A stretch of 63,725 bases of DNA, the filler included, from Reticulomyxa filosa (taxonomy: Eukaryota; Protista; Foraminifera), in NCBI GenBank assembly GCA_000512085.1. It is 20 parts of 20 records of this genome, joined end to end, with 100 filler letters (N's around TTAATTAATTAA, not from the genome) between each part and the next. Parts side by side here need not be neighbours in the genome. Positions count along the whole stretch, not along the records: positions 25,827 to 26,861 come from ASPP01033350.1; positions 26,962 to 28,908 come from ASPP01014723.1; positions 29,009 to 37,840 come from ASPP01015296.1; positions 37,941 to 38,940 come from ASPP01042910.1; 16 more parts are not named here. The stretch is one strand, 5' to 3'. Positions 26,068-39,040 of the stretch are shown here, piece by piece. How positions within the stretch are numbered: the stretch's first letter is position 1; every line of letters begins with the position of its first letter. A program made the position numbers and the translations under genes. The notes beneath the pieces were generated by a model, which made no database searches, was not told the origin of the DNA, and saw only the letters and a list, made by a program, of their open reading frames with translations.

Positions 26068-26861
26068 ATGAGTAAGATGGAAGAAGAGAAAAGCAAAGAC
26101 AATGCGAAAATTTATTCGAAGTCAATTACTGAACAACAGGCTTGCTTTAACAAAAATTGGATTTTACAATTGAACAAGCAGGAATCCATTCGCGACTTTA
26201 TTTGTTTGATTTGCAAACAAGTTGCCAACAACCCAATGGAAATCGATTGCCCTCAACATAAAAACATGGATGAATCATTGATCGTTGGAGAGAATTGCCT
26301 GAATCAATTCCTTAATCAAAACCCAAATTCTTGTCCAATCGAACCTCACAACAACTGTTTGTATTCTCAAAGTCGAATGGCGAGACGATATATTAATGAA
26401 TTAGATGTTATATGTCTACGACAATTTCAACAAAAACAAGAACAAAAACAACAACTACAAATGTCAACACAACAAAGACATGAAAAAGGAGAAACACTTG
26501 GAATTGTTAGTTGTAATTTCAAAGGAAAAGTAAAACAGGTAAATGATCATTTGGAACATTCTTGTTGTTTACAAACGGTTAAATGTTGGTTTGGATCATT
26601 TGGATGCAATTACACATGTCTAAAATATGCGATTCATGATCATTTGACATCAAATATGAAATTACATTTGGATTTGGTTATCAAATCATTTGATGCATTA
26701 CAGCAAACTATTCAACAATATCAGGTATAATTATTTATTCATGATTTTAACAAAAAAAATCTATGTTCATTTTGAAAAAAAAAATAAAAATAGGAAGAAA
26801 TTAGGAAATTAAATTTGGAAAATGAAACACTTAAAGTGGAGTTACAATTGAAAGGCAAAAA
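26068..26861 (+). CDS. Degenerate RING + TRAF-type zinc finger + coiled-coil protein, N-terminal part
   Basis: FICLICKQVANNPMEIDCPQH..GENCL..SCPIEPH, then CNFKGKVKQVNDHLEHSC..VKCWF..GC..HDHL..MKLH. Intron 26725-26793 leads into EEIRKLNLENE. Confidence 0.8.
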
Positions 26862-26961
26862 NNNNNNNNNNNNNNNNNNNNNNNNNNNNNNNNNNNNNNN
26901 NNNNNTTAATTAATTAANNNNNNNNNNNNNNNNNNNNNNNNNNNNNNNNNNNNNNNNNNNN

Positions 26962-28840
26962 ACAACAACAACAATTGGCTTCGAACCAAAACACAAGCTC
27001 ATCTCAGGCGAAACATGAAAACTCAAAAGACAAGGCACAGCAGCATCACTATCATGACGATGATGATGAGGAATTAAATGACGAATCAAGTCAGGGACCA
27101 GAGGTATTGAAATATTTTTTTTTTTTTAATTATATGTGATGTAACGAAAACAGCATCTGTTTGATCTCTTTAAAAATAAATAATAATAATAATAAATTGT
27201 GAAAAGTCACGTCAGCCTCAATCCCAATCACAACAAAGTGCAAATGCGACACAACAACAACAAGCTGCTCCTCGCTTTGCCTATCAAACGAAACCACCCA
27301 AGGCACGAGAGGTGCCACAATTAATCCACCAAGATGTCCACGAACCTATGTTACAAGTGGACATGTTGGTGCCAGAGCCAGAATTAAATGAAGCCACAAT
27401 CAAGTCCTCTCCATTAGCATTTATGAGTGTATTCGATTCGCTCCAAGGCATCAGCGATACTAAAATTGATGTTGCTAATCAATATATTGAACAAATGAAG
27501 GAAAAAGCAACAGTTTTGCAACTATATCTTTCATCGACCCAAGGGAAGGCATTATTATTATTATTTTTACTTTTGTTTCTATGTTGTGCTGTTGATACAT
27601 TGTAATGCATAGAAATTGTTTGAGATGAAGTCCTTATTTCAGAAAATCGAAAAATACGGCTTGGATCATTTGGACGTGGAGTTTACATCTTGTGGAGATG
27701 TGGACGCCGATTTGGAAAAATTGAAGAATGAGATCATACAATTGCAAAACGACTTGTTCAAGTTGGACGAAACCTATGCACCGGTGCACGCAAAATTGCG
27801 CGAAATTAATTCGGTGGAGACCGAGTTGGAAAGATATCAGGATGACTATTATTCGTCAATTGTTCAGCTACGACGTATCCATTCTCGTATCAATCAAGTG
27901 TTGCAAGAACATCAAATCCAACGAGACAGCGCGATGACGGCGTTGCAAGCCACGGAGTTGCAACAAGGCTTTATGAAATCCAAAATCAGCGACAAAATTG
28001 CGGAAACGTCGATCAAAATAGATACTTTGCAGCAACAATTAGCGGAGGCCAAACAAGATAGAATTGCCAATCAATCGTATGCAACTACAATTACGGGATT
28101 GTATTCAACGTATTTCTCTGCGACACCACAAGACGAAAAGGACTACAAGTCCCAGAAAGAACTCGAATTGGAGGAAGAGCTGAGCATGTGCAACAACTTT
28201 TTGACTGGGCTGAACGAGTTTTTGAAGGGATTGAAGAAATTAAGAAAAGAGCAGCGAAATCGTATCACACATTTGGAACAGGTCATTGAGCAACTTCATA
28301 ACCAAAGAGCAGCTGTGGCTGAAAAAATTGGAAAATCCGAAAGTGATACCATCGAAAAGCTTCAAAGCATTCGACATGAATTTATCTTGCCATTGAAGCA
28401 GCAAATTGAAAAGAGAATGAGGAGAGCAAAGCTGCCGTCGAGTTAAATGTCCATTTATATTTTTTCTCCCTTCTCCTACTGTCTTGTTAACAGTTTAAAA
28501 CATACTTTTGATTTTTAATCGTGTGCAGAGAAGAAGACGATGAACTTGTGAAGTCGAATCGTGGCGCTGCTTTGTCTCTTGAACGCATTGTGACAAAGCG
28601 AGTGAATCGAATGAATCAAGTCTACAAAAAGCTACAAGACTTGGAAAATAGAGCCATGACGACGGGAAGCCGAGAATACTTGCGTGGATTAACCGAAATT
28701 CGTGAGTTGCAGTTGATTATGAACAATCAATACTTAAAGCAATTTTTCGTTCACTTTGTCAGCAAAGCCAATCAAATCTTCCATGATTTCCAACTTGCGT
28801 CCATGGCTCTTATGGAACAAACTACCAGTTGGAGCTATAT
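26962..28840 (+). CDS. Coiled-coil hypothetical protein, internal exons
   Basis: Exons at about 26962-27103, 27206-27548, 27613-28435 and 28530-28830 encode heptad-rich sequence. No family recognised. Confidence 0.7.
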
Positions 28841-29137
28841 TTTTATTTAATTTTTTTGCTTCCTTTTCCCTCGCTGTCTTTCTCTTTTGCATTCATTTCT
28901 TCACTTGCNNNNNNNNNNNNNNNNNNNNNNNNNNNNNNNNNNNNNNNNNNNNTTAATTAATTAANNNNNNNNNNNNNNNNNNNNNNNNNNNNNNNNNNNN
29001 NNNNNNNNAAAAAAAAAAAAAAAAACTTAAAAGTTTAAACAAAGGGACATTTGACAGTGAACTTTTTTTAATTAATTTTTTTATTTAATTTTTTGCTTCC
29101 CCCCCCCCTTTTCTTCCTCTTTCCAAAAAAAAACTTA

Positions 29138-29359
29138 CCTTATGCCTTGCATGTAGGTCATGTCGATTATCCTCAGGAGGGTATTCACTTCTGAGGAAGA
29201 TATTCGAACAACTGCACTATGTGGGGATTGCCCCTGTGCTGATAGTTGAATAATGTGTGATTCTGCTTGGGACAGTTTGTTTTTCAATGAATCTAGCTCA
29301 GTTGTGGTAAAAGTAAATGACGTCGGTTGTTCAATTAACACATTTGCTGTTGCTAACAT
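29138..29359 (-). CDS. First exon of a hypothetical protein
   Basis: Open frame from ATG 29359 ending at a GTAAGT donor near 29138. The intron runs into the contig end. Confidence 0.5.
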
Positions 29360-29580
29360 TGTTTATTCCCTTACGTAATACGTAATTCAACACTAATATC
29401 TCTTTAAAGGGGGGAACACAAAAAAAACTTTTTGTGCACAAACAAAAAAAAGGTGAAAATGTCAAATTTATTTTTTCTTTTTTATAAAAAAAAAAAAGAA
29501 TTACATAGATTACAACACAAGAAAGAACAAAATAGTACAGAAGAACGCAACAAAAAAAAGGGGTTGAGCATAAATATCAA

Positions 29581-31141
29581 ATGTCCGAGCTGACAGAAGA
29601 AACAGAAAACGATGACAAAACATCATCACAGAAAGTGTTAAAATCAAAGAAAATAGCGTGGCTGGGTTATATATGTGTATTGTCCTTGTCATTTTTCCAA
29701 GTGGGTATAGGAGAGTTAGTACAACTAGCAACGAAGCAATACCCGCACCCGTTGATAGTGCGTTACGTGAACAGTAGCATGAACATACTGTTGTCGATAT
29801 TTCCGTGTATATACATCCACGAGCAAAGAAAGCGAAGCAAGTCCACAAAAGAAGAAGAAGCAGGACATGGATTGTTGGCATTGAAAGCGAATGAAGAAAG
29901 ACGATACTTGATGTTGTGTACGTTGGGTGGGATCGCGACAACATCGTATGGCGTGCTTTGGTATGTGTCATTGGATTACACCAGCATTCCGACCAACACG
30001 ACGTTGTATCGATTGCGAACCGTGTTTGTGTTTTTGCTGAGTGTGCTATTATTGAAAGAGCGTGTGAATATGTGGAAATGTGCAGCAGTCATTGTGAGTT
30101 TCGCAGGAGTGATTGTCATCGCATATCAACAAAAAAGTAGTCATAGTAGTAGTAGTAGTAGTAGTAATGATAATGATTCGGATAAAGACACATGGTACGG
30201 AATTATATTGATTTGCATTGTCGCCGTTGCGAGCGCAGCAACCGACATTTTGTTCAATTACTTGAGCAAACATACCTTCTTACCAAATGCAACGCACGCG
30301 CAAAAAGCTGTCAACACCTTCGCTTATCAAGCGTGGAATGGACTCATCACCATTGTCTTTTTCATTTGGGTGTTTTGGGTTCATACTGGTCATCATCACA
30401 GTATCATCCCTGATACGACATTTGAATACATTCTTATTTTTGGTTACTTTATATATGTATATATACATATATGTACATATATGTATGTACATATATATGT
30501 ATGTACATATATGTATGTACATATACATATATATATACACATTAGGAACTGGATTCTTCTTACTTTTGGCCGACGTCACCTATAACTTCACTATTTCCAT
30601 TACAAGTGCCTTGTTTGTCAATTTGGGCATTTGTCTGTCTGTTCCTGTTGGGTTTGTTGTCGATGTGTTTGTCAACGGTTACCAAATCACCATTTTGAGT
30701 GTCGTTGGGTCCTTGTGTGTTGTCATTGGCTTTTTGATGCTCGTACGTGTATATTCTTTACTTTTGCATTTGTATTTTTGCATATTTACATGCATATATA
30801 TATATACATATATACATATACACATATACACATATATATATATATATATGTATATATGTGCATGTGCGAAGGGTCATACTCTCTTTTGTTTTTCTACATG
30901 CTCGAGATAGGAAGTGATTAAACCGGCCTCTTTTTTGCATTGCCAGAAACAACATTCATCCACATCAACGTGCTTGCAGCTGCTTTGCTACTTTTGCGAA
31001 AAAAGTTGCTGGAATGATGACAAGTCTCCACAATTTGATCACTCCCGCCATCGTCTCTTGCTTGCTTCCAATGCTCCTGAAAATCAAAGTCTTGATGGTG
31101 TGGGAGACTATAAAAGTCAAAGCTCTATCTCTTACGCGTAA
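29581..31141 (+). CDS. SLC35F3/F4-like DMT (EamA) transporter, 3 exons
   Basis: Exons 29581-30442, 30546-30742 and 30911-31141 splice in frame, with about 10 hydrophobic helices. Motifs YVSLDYTSIPTNTTL..VFVFLLSVLLLKER and NFTISITSALFVNLGICLSVPVGFVVD. Confidence 0.85.
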
Positions 31142-31701
31142 ATCTCTTTTTTTTTTTTTTCATCACTGCCTCCAATATTTCTGCATGCACGGCAACTACC
31201 TTCCTTGCCTCTCCGACAAGTACTCTTCTTTTTGGAGATTTTTAGCTTCTGATTAGTGGTTGTTGTTGTTTTTTTTTTGTAGAGCTGATTTTAGAAAAAA
31301 AAAAAAAAACTGCAATAAAATTTCTTGTTGGTCCAACAAAGGTACATTTTTGTTGCAATGAAACGTTCTAATCCACTTATTCACTACTCCAAGTTTATTA
31401 TATGTATGCAACTGCTGTCGTGACTGTACTGTTTCTGTTTTAATGCTTACGAGATTAACACGCGTTTTTCTGTCTGAAAAAAATATTTGTTCACAAACAC
31501 ACGTAGGTGTTCAGGTTTAAACGTGCTGTCCATCAACGCGGGTCATAAATAAAAATACAAATTAAAAGTAATTTTGTTAGTCCACACCAAAAGTCTCTTC
31601 AATGTACTTATTTATTTTTATTTTTTTTTTTCGAAGAGCAATAACAAAAACACTTAAAACTAGTGTCCCTTGACTCATATTTAAAAAAAAAATCTCACCT
31701 T

Positions 31702-32208
31702 ATGGCATCAAATATGCGCAAGAGAAAAGGTACAGGAAAGGGGAATGCATTAGTTGGAGAATCTGCCGAAATCGCCCTTTCATTGCGTCGGACACGACAG
31801 ATGATTGGAAATGCCATTCAGCAAGCGGGGGACTTGGCAGACCACGTAGCAGAGAGTACAGAGCAATTGAAAAAGATATGTGGTTTGCATGACTTGGTTG
31901 CTTCAGAGGCCCAAAAAGGGAAGGGAACAATTCGTGTTCTCTTGACTCGTGCATTTTGGGATAAGTACATCTATCATGTAGTATTTTTCATATACATGAT
32001 CGTAGCACTTTATATCGTTTCTAAACGAGTTGGAAACTTATTTTACAGATTCTATGATTGGATTTGTTGGTTGTTGTCTTGGTTTTTGTTTTGGGTGCCT
32101 GGTTTTCAATATGTTTGTTGGAATTATGGGGCTCAATGCACTGACGAGCTGAGTTCTCAATCGTCGTTTATCAACACTACCTTTGACGTGCCCCCTATCT
32201 CTTCTTAA
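31702..32208 (+). CDS. SEC20: Sec20/BNIP1-type ER SNARE
   Basis: SNARE motif SAEIALSLRRTRQMI..AESTEQLKK, then WDKYIYHVVFFIYMIVALYIVSKRV (a TM helix ending in KR). Confidence 0.8.
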   Translation: MASNMRKRKGTGKGNALVGESAEIALSLRRTRQMIGNAIQQAGDLADHVAESTEQLKKICGLHDLVASEAQKGKGTIRVLLTRAFWDKYIYHVVFFIYMIVALYIVSKRVGNLFYRFYDWICWLLSWFLFWVPGFQYVCWNYGAQCTDELSSQSSFINTTFDVPPISS

Positions 32209-32526
32209 ATGCTTTAATGTTACACCACTTAAGGGAAACTTAAAATCAAAACGTTCCATTTTTAGGCTAATAATGACCTCTTACTTTTTAAGTCTTTTGC
32301 GATCCAAAAAGCAAAAAATAACAAAAAAAATTATATTGTAATTACATAATAAAAAAAAATTTTACTAAAATAAAGTGCTATTAAAAAAATGTACAATTAT
32401 GAATCAATTTTTCTTTCGCATGCCTCTTACATATTTAAAAAATAGAAATGCTAAAATATACGTGTATTGAAAAATTATTTCATTTCAAAAATAAAATAAT
32501 TTTATTGTATAAAAAAAGATACTACT

Positions 32527-32890
32527 AATAAGAATGAATTGTATATGATCAAAGGAAATGAGAAAGAATATGATGGAATATATTGTCTTAAATTTATTTT
32601 ATTGAAAAAGAAAGACAAGACAAAGAATGTTAAATATGATTTGAATTTGTGTTATGGTTCATACAATGGTCTCGTTTGTATTTGGGGATAACTTACGTTT
32701 TGTTGAATAAGAAATGAAAGTATTTTTGTTTGAAAAGTTTGATTGAAAGAAAAGTAAGTTGATATTGAATTTATTTGATTTGGTTGAATGCAAGCATTGA
32801 AAGATGTGTTTTATCTTATTTTATTATTCAAAAAATTCAAAAAACTGCGTTCGATGTTTTTAAAGAATTGAAAAGCATAATAAATGAAAA
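32527..32890 (+). pseudogene. Orphan 3' end + 3' flank of the WD40 family gene
   Basis: NKNELYMIKGNEKEYDGIYCLKF..DLNLCYGSYNGLVCIWG* and the downstream DNA are highly similar to 37427-37790 and 39205-39500. No 5' part is present. Confidence 0.85.
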
Positions 32891-33492
32891 TTAAATTCGG
32901 CAGTATCTGTGGCTTCATTAAAAAGTTTGAAAAAGTTTAAAAAATGTGAAGTGAGTCATGATTGTGTGGTGACCCTACGGAGTCAGTATGACTCCAAATA
33001 TTGCAATTTTCTTTTTAATTTAATTTCACAAAACTCATTTTCACTTTTCTTAAAAACGTGCTTTCTCGCTCCAGATTCTTACAATTGTTACATTCTTGGA
33101 ATGTCTATGGAAAAAATGCACTATGGCATGTTTTTTCAAGAAGAAATATTTGGCTACGTCTTTATAAAGTAAAATGTTGGCTAACTTTCTTTTTACAATG
33201 AAGTGTCTTTTCTGTTTTTTCAAGACAGACAAATCTGGAACATATTTTAAATTTCAATATATATATTCAAATTTGTCAAAAAATCAAAGATCCAAGAAAC
33301 ACATCAAAAAATGGTCAATTTTCATTTTTTCACTAACCTAGTTTTGAACTTGCGAAATTATTTTCACTCTGTAGTACTTTTGAATATTACAAACTGAAAG
33401 AAATACCAAAATATACATATTAATTAGTGGAAGAAAATTGTAATTTACCCAAAAAGAATCAGACAATTTTTTTTATTTGTAGAAAAATTAAA

Positions 33493-34840
33493 CTATCCCC
33501 AAATATAAATTGAACGCATTGAACCATAACACAAACTAGCACTACAGCCACTGTTATTGTTGCTTTTTTTATTTTTTCTTAATTGTAGAAATTTAAGAGA
33601 CATTACTCCATTTTTTTTTTCATTTATTTCATGCAATTTATTCTTATTTGATCGAATATCCCAAAATAAAATTGTATTATCTCCTGACACAGAACATATC
33701 ACATTTGAACTACCACCAACTTCGATATTATTTACTACAAATGGCGAATATTCAACAGCATAGACATAGTTTACATGTCCATTGAACCGTTGAATTTGCT
33801 GACCGGATCGAATATCCCACAAACGAACACTGCTATCAAACGATCCAGATAATATCGTATTTGCACCTCCACCAATTCCTAGTTCATTTGATCCATATTT
33901 TAGGCTCTTCACATAATATTGATGTCCTTTGAATACAGTCAATTGTTTGGCTGTTTCAATATCCCATATGCAAATCGTATTATCCCATGATCCAGAACAA
34001 ATAGTATATCCACTTCCACCAATCACACCAATACTATTACTTTCACTGTTATTATTGCTGATATTACTTTGCAATGGTGACATATCCACACACCAAACAC
34101 CTCCATGTTCATTGAAAACATTTAATAATTTGGATGTTTCAACATCCCATAAACGAATAGTTTTATCGAATGACCCAGAACACAAATATCTACCACCACT
34201 AAATGATGAAAATTCAATATTACCAATCCAACTTTTGTGTTCATTGAATATTTGAAATTGTTGATTTTTTTTGATGTCCCAAAAACGAATAGTACTATCA
34301 CCTGATGAAGAACAAATAACATTGCGATGATGATTATAATAGTGATATGATGAAAATTTCACGCAATTCACATCAGATGAATGTCCATTGAATGATCGAA
34401 TTTGTTGACTGGTATCTACGTCCCATACACATACTTTTTTATCAAACGATCCAGAACAAATATACTGGCCACAATCAAGTGTTGAGTAATCAATACTACT
34501 CACCCAATCTGTATGTCCGGTAAAAGTTTTGAGTAATTTAGACGATGAACGAAACACTTCAAACATGAAGAAGTTAGTTGCCTGTAATTGTGAACAAATA
34601 AATATTTGTCATTGAATAAAACATAATAAAAGCTTAACATATTTAACAACAATTTTATCAAAATACTGAATCCATCCCAATTTAATTTTTAATCTTCGAA
34701 TCCAATGTTGAATAACTGTTTGGATCTCTTCTTCTTCTGACTAACTCAATCACAATACAATTTACATAACATAAAAACATAAAGAAGCCAACTTTTAGAA
34801 AGATTGAAAAGAATCTTACCAATGATAGTTGAGTTGACAT
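33493..34840 (-). CDS. WD40-repeat protein with N-terminal adaptor motif, 3 exons
   Basis: Exons 34840-34820, 34740-34639 and 34581-33493. Seven GH..WD repeats. Confidence 0.92.
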
Positions 34841-36213
34841 TTCTTTTTGTTTTTTTCTTGAGTTTTTTTTTTTGATGATTTAGAAGCCAAAATGTTTGAA
34901 CTTTTTTATTCAAATATCTCATTCGTTACTGTGCTTTGCCTCACTACAAAAATATACTTCTGGTTTTTCAACGTTCAAAATAGTAAAAGAAAGAAATTAA
35001 AACAATAACTTACTAAAATATATCTAACACGAAATCGTTAAGCATGCCAAATACAACCTTTCTTATAAATAATTGATTTAATTTATTTACAAAACGATAG
35101 AATAGAAGAAGTGACATCACAACAAAGAAAGAATATTGTTCTTCAAATCTGTTTGTGCAACTTGCACGATCATTTTTTTTCTAAGAAAATGAAATCACTA
35201 AGTAACAAGTGAACAAGTAGATCAAATACCTTCTCCTTCTTACAAAAGAACAAAAAAAAATACCAATTCAACTTTTGAATTTTTTTTGCTTGAATAACTT
35301 AGGCGTATAAAATACCGTTTTTTGTTTTTTCAAAGGGTCGTATCCCACTTTTTTTAAAGTTACTTAAAAAAACAGTAATATTAAAAGTGTAAACAAAAAT
35401 AAAAAAAAGGAGATGGAGATGTTTATATCAGCTGCACCGATAAAGTTTTGTTTGTTTCTTCATCTCCTTTTTTAAGTTTTTCAGTACCACTTGGTTGAAC
35501 CCTGGACAATTTTATTAATGACAGTAATTTCCTTTGTTAGGTGTAAAAAAAAATTTATATTTTATGAACTTATTGAAAGTTTTTGTCATTTTTACAATTA
35601 AAACAGTAAAAATATTAAATGATTATTTATTTACCGCAGTTCATAATACATTTATTATGTTTCTTTGTATTGTGTAAATTACAAGTCATCATGCTACGAC
35701 TTGGATTTTATTTTCAGACATTTATAAACAAACCTTGAATAAGAAAAAGTATAACATTTAAAACAAGAATTTTTTATTAAACTCTAAACCCAAAAAATAT
35801 CAAAATAAAAATAAAAACGAAAGTAAATCAATACATTATGTTTCCTTAGCTTTATTATCTAGAGATTGTTTACAGAAACAACTTTTTTAACTGTTCAAAA
35901 GTTGAACCAAACGATGAAAAAATATCTGACAATTTCTATGTTTGGATTTTAAAAAATTTTTACTAAATATTAGTTAAAAAGTCATGAAACAATTTTTTCT
36001 CCTGTTTTTATGATGCAATGCAACAAATTTTTTGCAATGACGTATGCATTAAATATGGTCGATTTCTATATAAAAAACAAATATTTAAACTTTTTTTTGA
36101 AAATTTTTTATTGTTTTAAATTCTATTGCTTCATTGAACTTGAAAAAAAAAGGTAAAATTTTCCATTTTACACCATTGAAAACGATTCAAGAAAAAACAA
36201 AAAAAGTTGCAAA

Positions 36214-37590
36214 ATGACAGCTCTTATCAATCATGAACAAACTTTACCTCCACTAGTAGTGGTAAGTTTTATTCCAAGTTGATTGTCTTCAAGTTTTTAT
36301 TGTGTTGCTTATGATTGACTTAGCCAGAAAAAAACGAAATCCAAATCATTATCCAGAATTGGATTCGAATATTACACATTAAATTTGGATGGATAAATGA
36401 GTTCAATAAATTGGTTGTCAATTATGTTACGTTTTCTTTTATTTTTATCTTTCATTTAATTACAACAAAAATAAACAAATATATTTGTTATTTTTATCAT
36501 CTCTGTTAACACAGGCAACTACATTCTTTATGTTTGATACATTTCGTTCATTATCCAAATTAATCAATACATTCACTGGACATACAAGCAATGTGTGGAG
36601 TATTGATTACTCAACATTTGATAATTGTCAATTCATTTGTTCTGGATCAGATGATCAAACAGTTCGTGTATGGAATGTTAATAACAACAAACAAATTCAA
36701 TCATTCAATGGGCATTCATCCATTGTGTATTGTGTGAAATTTTCGCCATATCATTATCATAATCATCGCCAACATGTCATTTGTTCATCATCATGGGACA
36801 ATACTATTCGTTTTTGGGATTTCAAAAATAATAAGCAATTACAAATATTCAATGGACACACAAAAAGTGTTTGTGGAATTGAATTTTCACCATTTAGTGA
36901 TGGTAGATATTTGTGTTCTGGGTCTGTTGACAGAAAAATTCGTTTATGGGATGTTGAATTATCAAAATCATTACATGTTTTCAATGGACACGAAGATGGT
37001 GTTTGGTGTGTTGATGTTTCACCATTACAAAGCAATAACAAAAATAATAATAAAATGAATAATATTGGTGTGATTGGTGGAAATGGATATACAATTTGTT
37101 CTGGATCATGGGATGATACCATTCGAATATGGGATATTGAAACAACCAAACAATTTAGTGTATTCAATGGACATAAATATGTTATTAGGAGCGTAAAATA
37201 TGGATCAAATGAATTAGTGAATACAATATTATCTGGGTCAGAAGATAATAGTATTCGTTTGTGGGATATTCGATCTGGTCAACAAATTCAAATGTTTAAT
37301 GGACATACAAATACTGTATGGTCTGTTGAGTATTCACCATTTGTAATAAAGAATAGCATTGGTAATTCAAATGTGATATGTTCTGGATCAGATGATAGTA
37401 CAATTCGTTTTTGGGATATTCGATCAAATAAGAATCAATTGTATATGATCAAAGGAGATGAGAAAGAATATGATGGAATATATTGTCTTAAATTTATTGA
37501 ATTGAAAAAGAAAGACAAGACAAAGAATGTTAAATATGATTTGAATTTGTGTTATGGTTAATTAATGGTCCCATTCGTATTTATGGATAA
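36214..37590 (+). CDS. WD40-repeat paralogue (divergent pair with 33493-34840)
   Basis: Same intron positions as the paralogue, with the motif exon at 36324-36425. A 1-nt deletion near 37560 gives an early TAA; paralogues continue ..GPIRIWG*, which would end here at 37590. Confidence 0.88.
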
Positions 37591-37940
37591 TCACTTTTTT
37601 GTCGGATAAGAAATAAAAAGTGTTTTTGTTTGAAAAGTTTGATTAAAAGAAAAGTAAGTTGATATTAAACTTGTTTGATTTGATTGAACACACACTAAAA
37701 GCTGTGTTTTATCTTATTTTGTTGTTAAAAAAGTTGAAACGCTGCGTTCAATGTTTTTTAAAGAATCGAAAAGCATAATAAATAAAAATGTATCTAAATA
37801 TCAAAATATATTGCACGATATTTCAAGTATTGATTTTTTTNNNNNNNNNNNNNNNNNNNNNNNNNNNNNNNNNNNNNNNNNNNNTTAATTAATTAANNNN
37901 NNNNNNNNNNNNNNNNNNNNNNNNNNNNNNNNNNNNNNNN

Positions 37941-37980
<40 letters not shown>

Positions 37981-38834
37981 ACAGTGAGTGATACAAGAAC
38001 GTAACACTAGGGAAGATTGATTTCGTCAAAAAGGACAAGTGCACATTTTCGGAATGCGTGTTCGGATTTACGTGACATACAGCCCTACAATGAGGACACT
38101 TCTTCGCGCATTTTTGCATGGAGTAGATTAAACAGCAACGACAAAATGTATGGCCTTGTATACGTACGTGTGGCAACATATAATTGCATTACATATATAC
38201 ATACATATACATATATGTATAAATATACGGTATATACGTATACACATATATACATATATGCGTATATGTATATGCATACCACATGGCAACGTGATAGGCT
38301 CCACCAACAGCGATAAACACAAAGAACATTGCAACCACTCCGACAGGTTTGAAGTCAAAGAAGCGAGCGACTCATGACTCTCTTGCTTTTCCTCTTTTTG
38401 AATGGTCGAAATGTCACCCTTTTGCGCTTCTTTTACTTCCATGTCTTGCTTCGCCTTCTGGTTGTTGCTCTCACTTTTCGTTGGGACTTTCGTCAACAGC
38501 TCTTTATACAATTGCTGCAATGCACGATTCGCCGTTGTCCATTGCTCGTCGCCATTGCACATTTCTTCCACTGTCTCTAAACTGTACTTCTTCCATATCC
38601 GCTTGCACTTTAACATTTCTACGTCGTCCATCTCTTCGTTTTTCTCTCCTGTCCTCGTGACCTTTTCTTCCTCACTCTTCGGGTCGCGTCCATCTTCCGA
38701 CTTTGTGCTGTTTTTTTATTTTGAGGGGGAGGGAGGGGGGGGAAGAGCCTTCGTTCTCTGTTTGGACAGTTCTCAATTGCCCTTTTTCCCACTTGCTTCA
38801 AAAAGTACACCCAAACAATCATTGCTCTTACCAA
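37941..38834 (-). CDS. RING-HC finger protein, LONRF-like, partial
   Basis: Splicing intron 38279-38155 yields LQCSLCLSLLVEPITLPCG/HTFCRCCL..KKCPHCR..NVHLSFLTKSIFP. Confidence 0.75.
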
Positions 38835-39040
38835 AATGACGTCATTTTTTTGATTTTAACGCTGGAGGGCTTTCACAGATAGCGACAATATTTCTCTTTT
38901 CCCAAAGGGGATGCAAAGCAAAGTTTTTTTTTTGGTAATGNNNNNNNNNNNNNNNNNNNNNNNNNNNNNNNNNNNNNNNNNNNNTTAATTAATTAANNNN
39001 NNNNNNNNNNNNNNNNNNNNNNNNNNNNNNNNNNNNNNNN

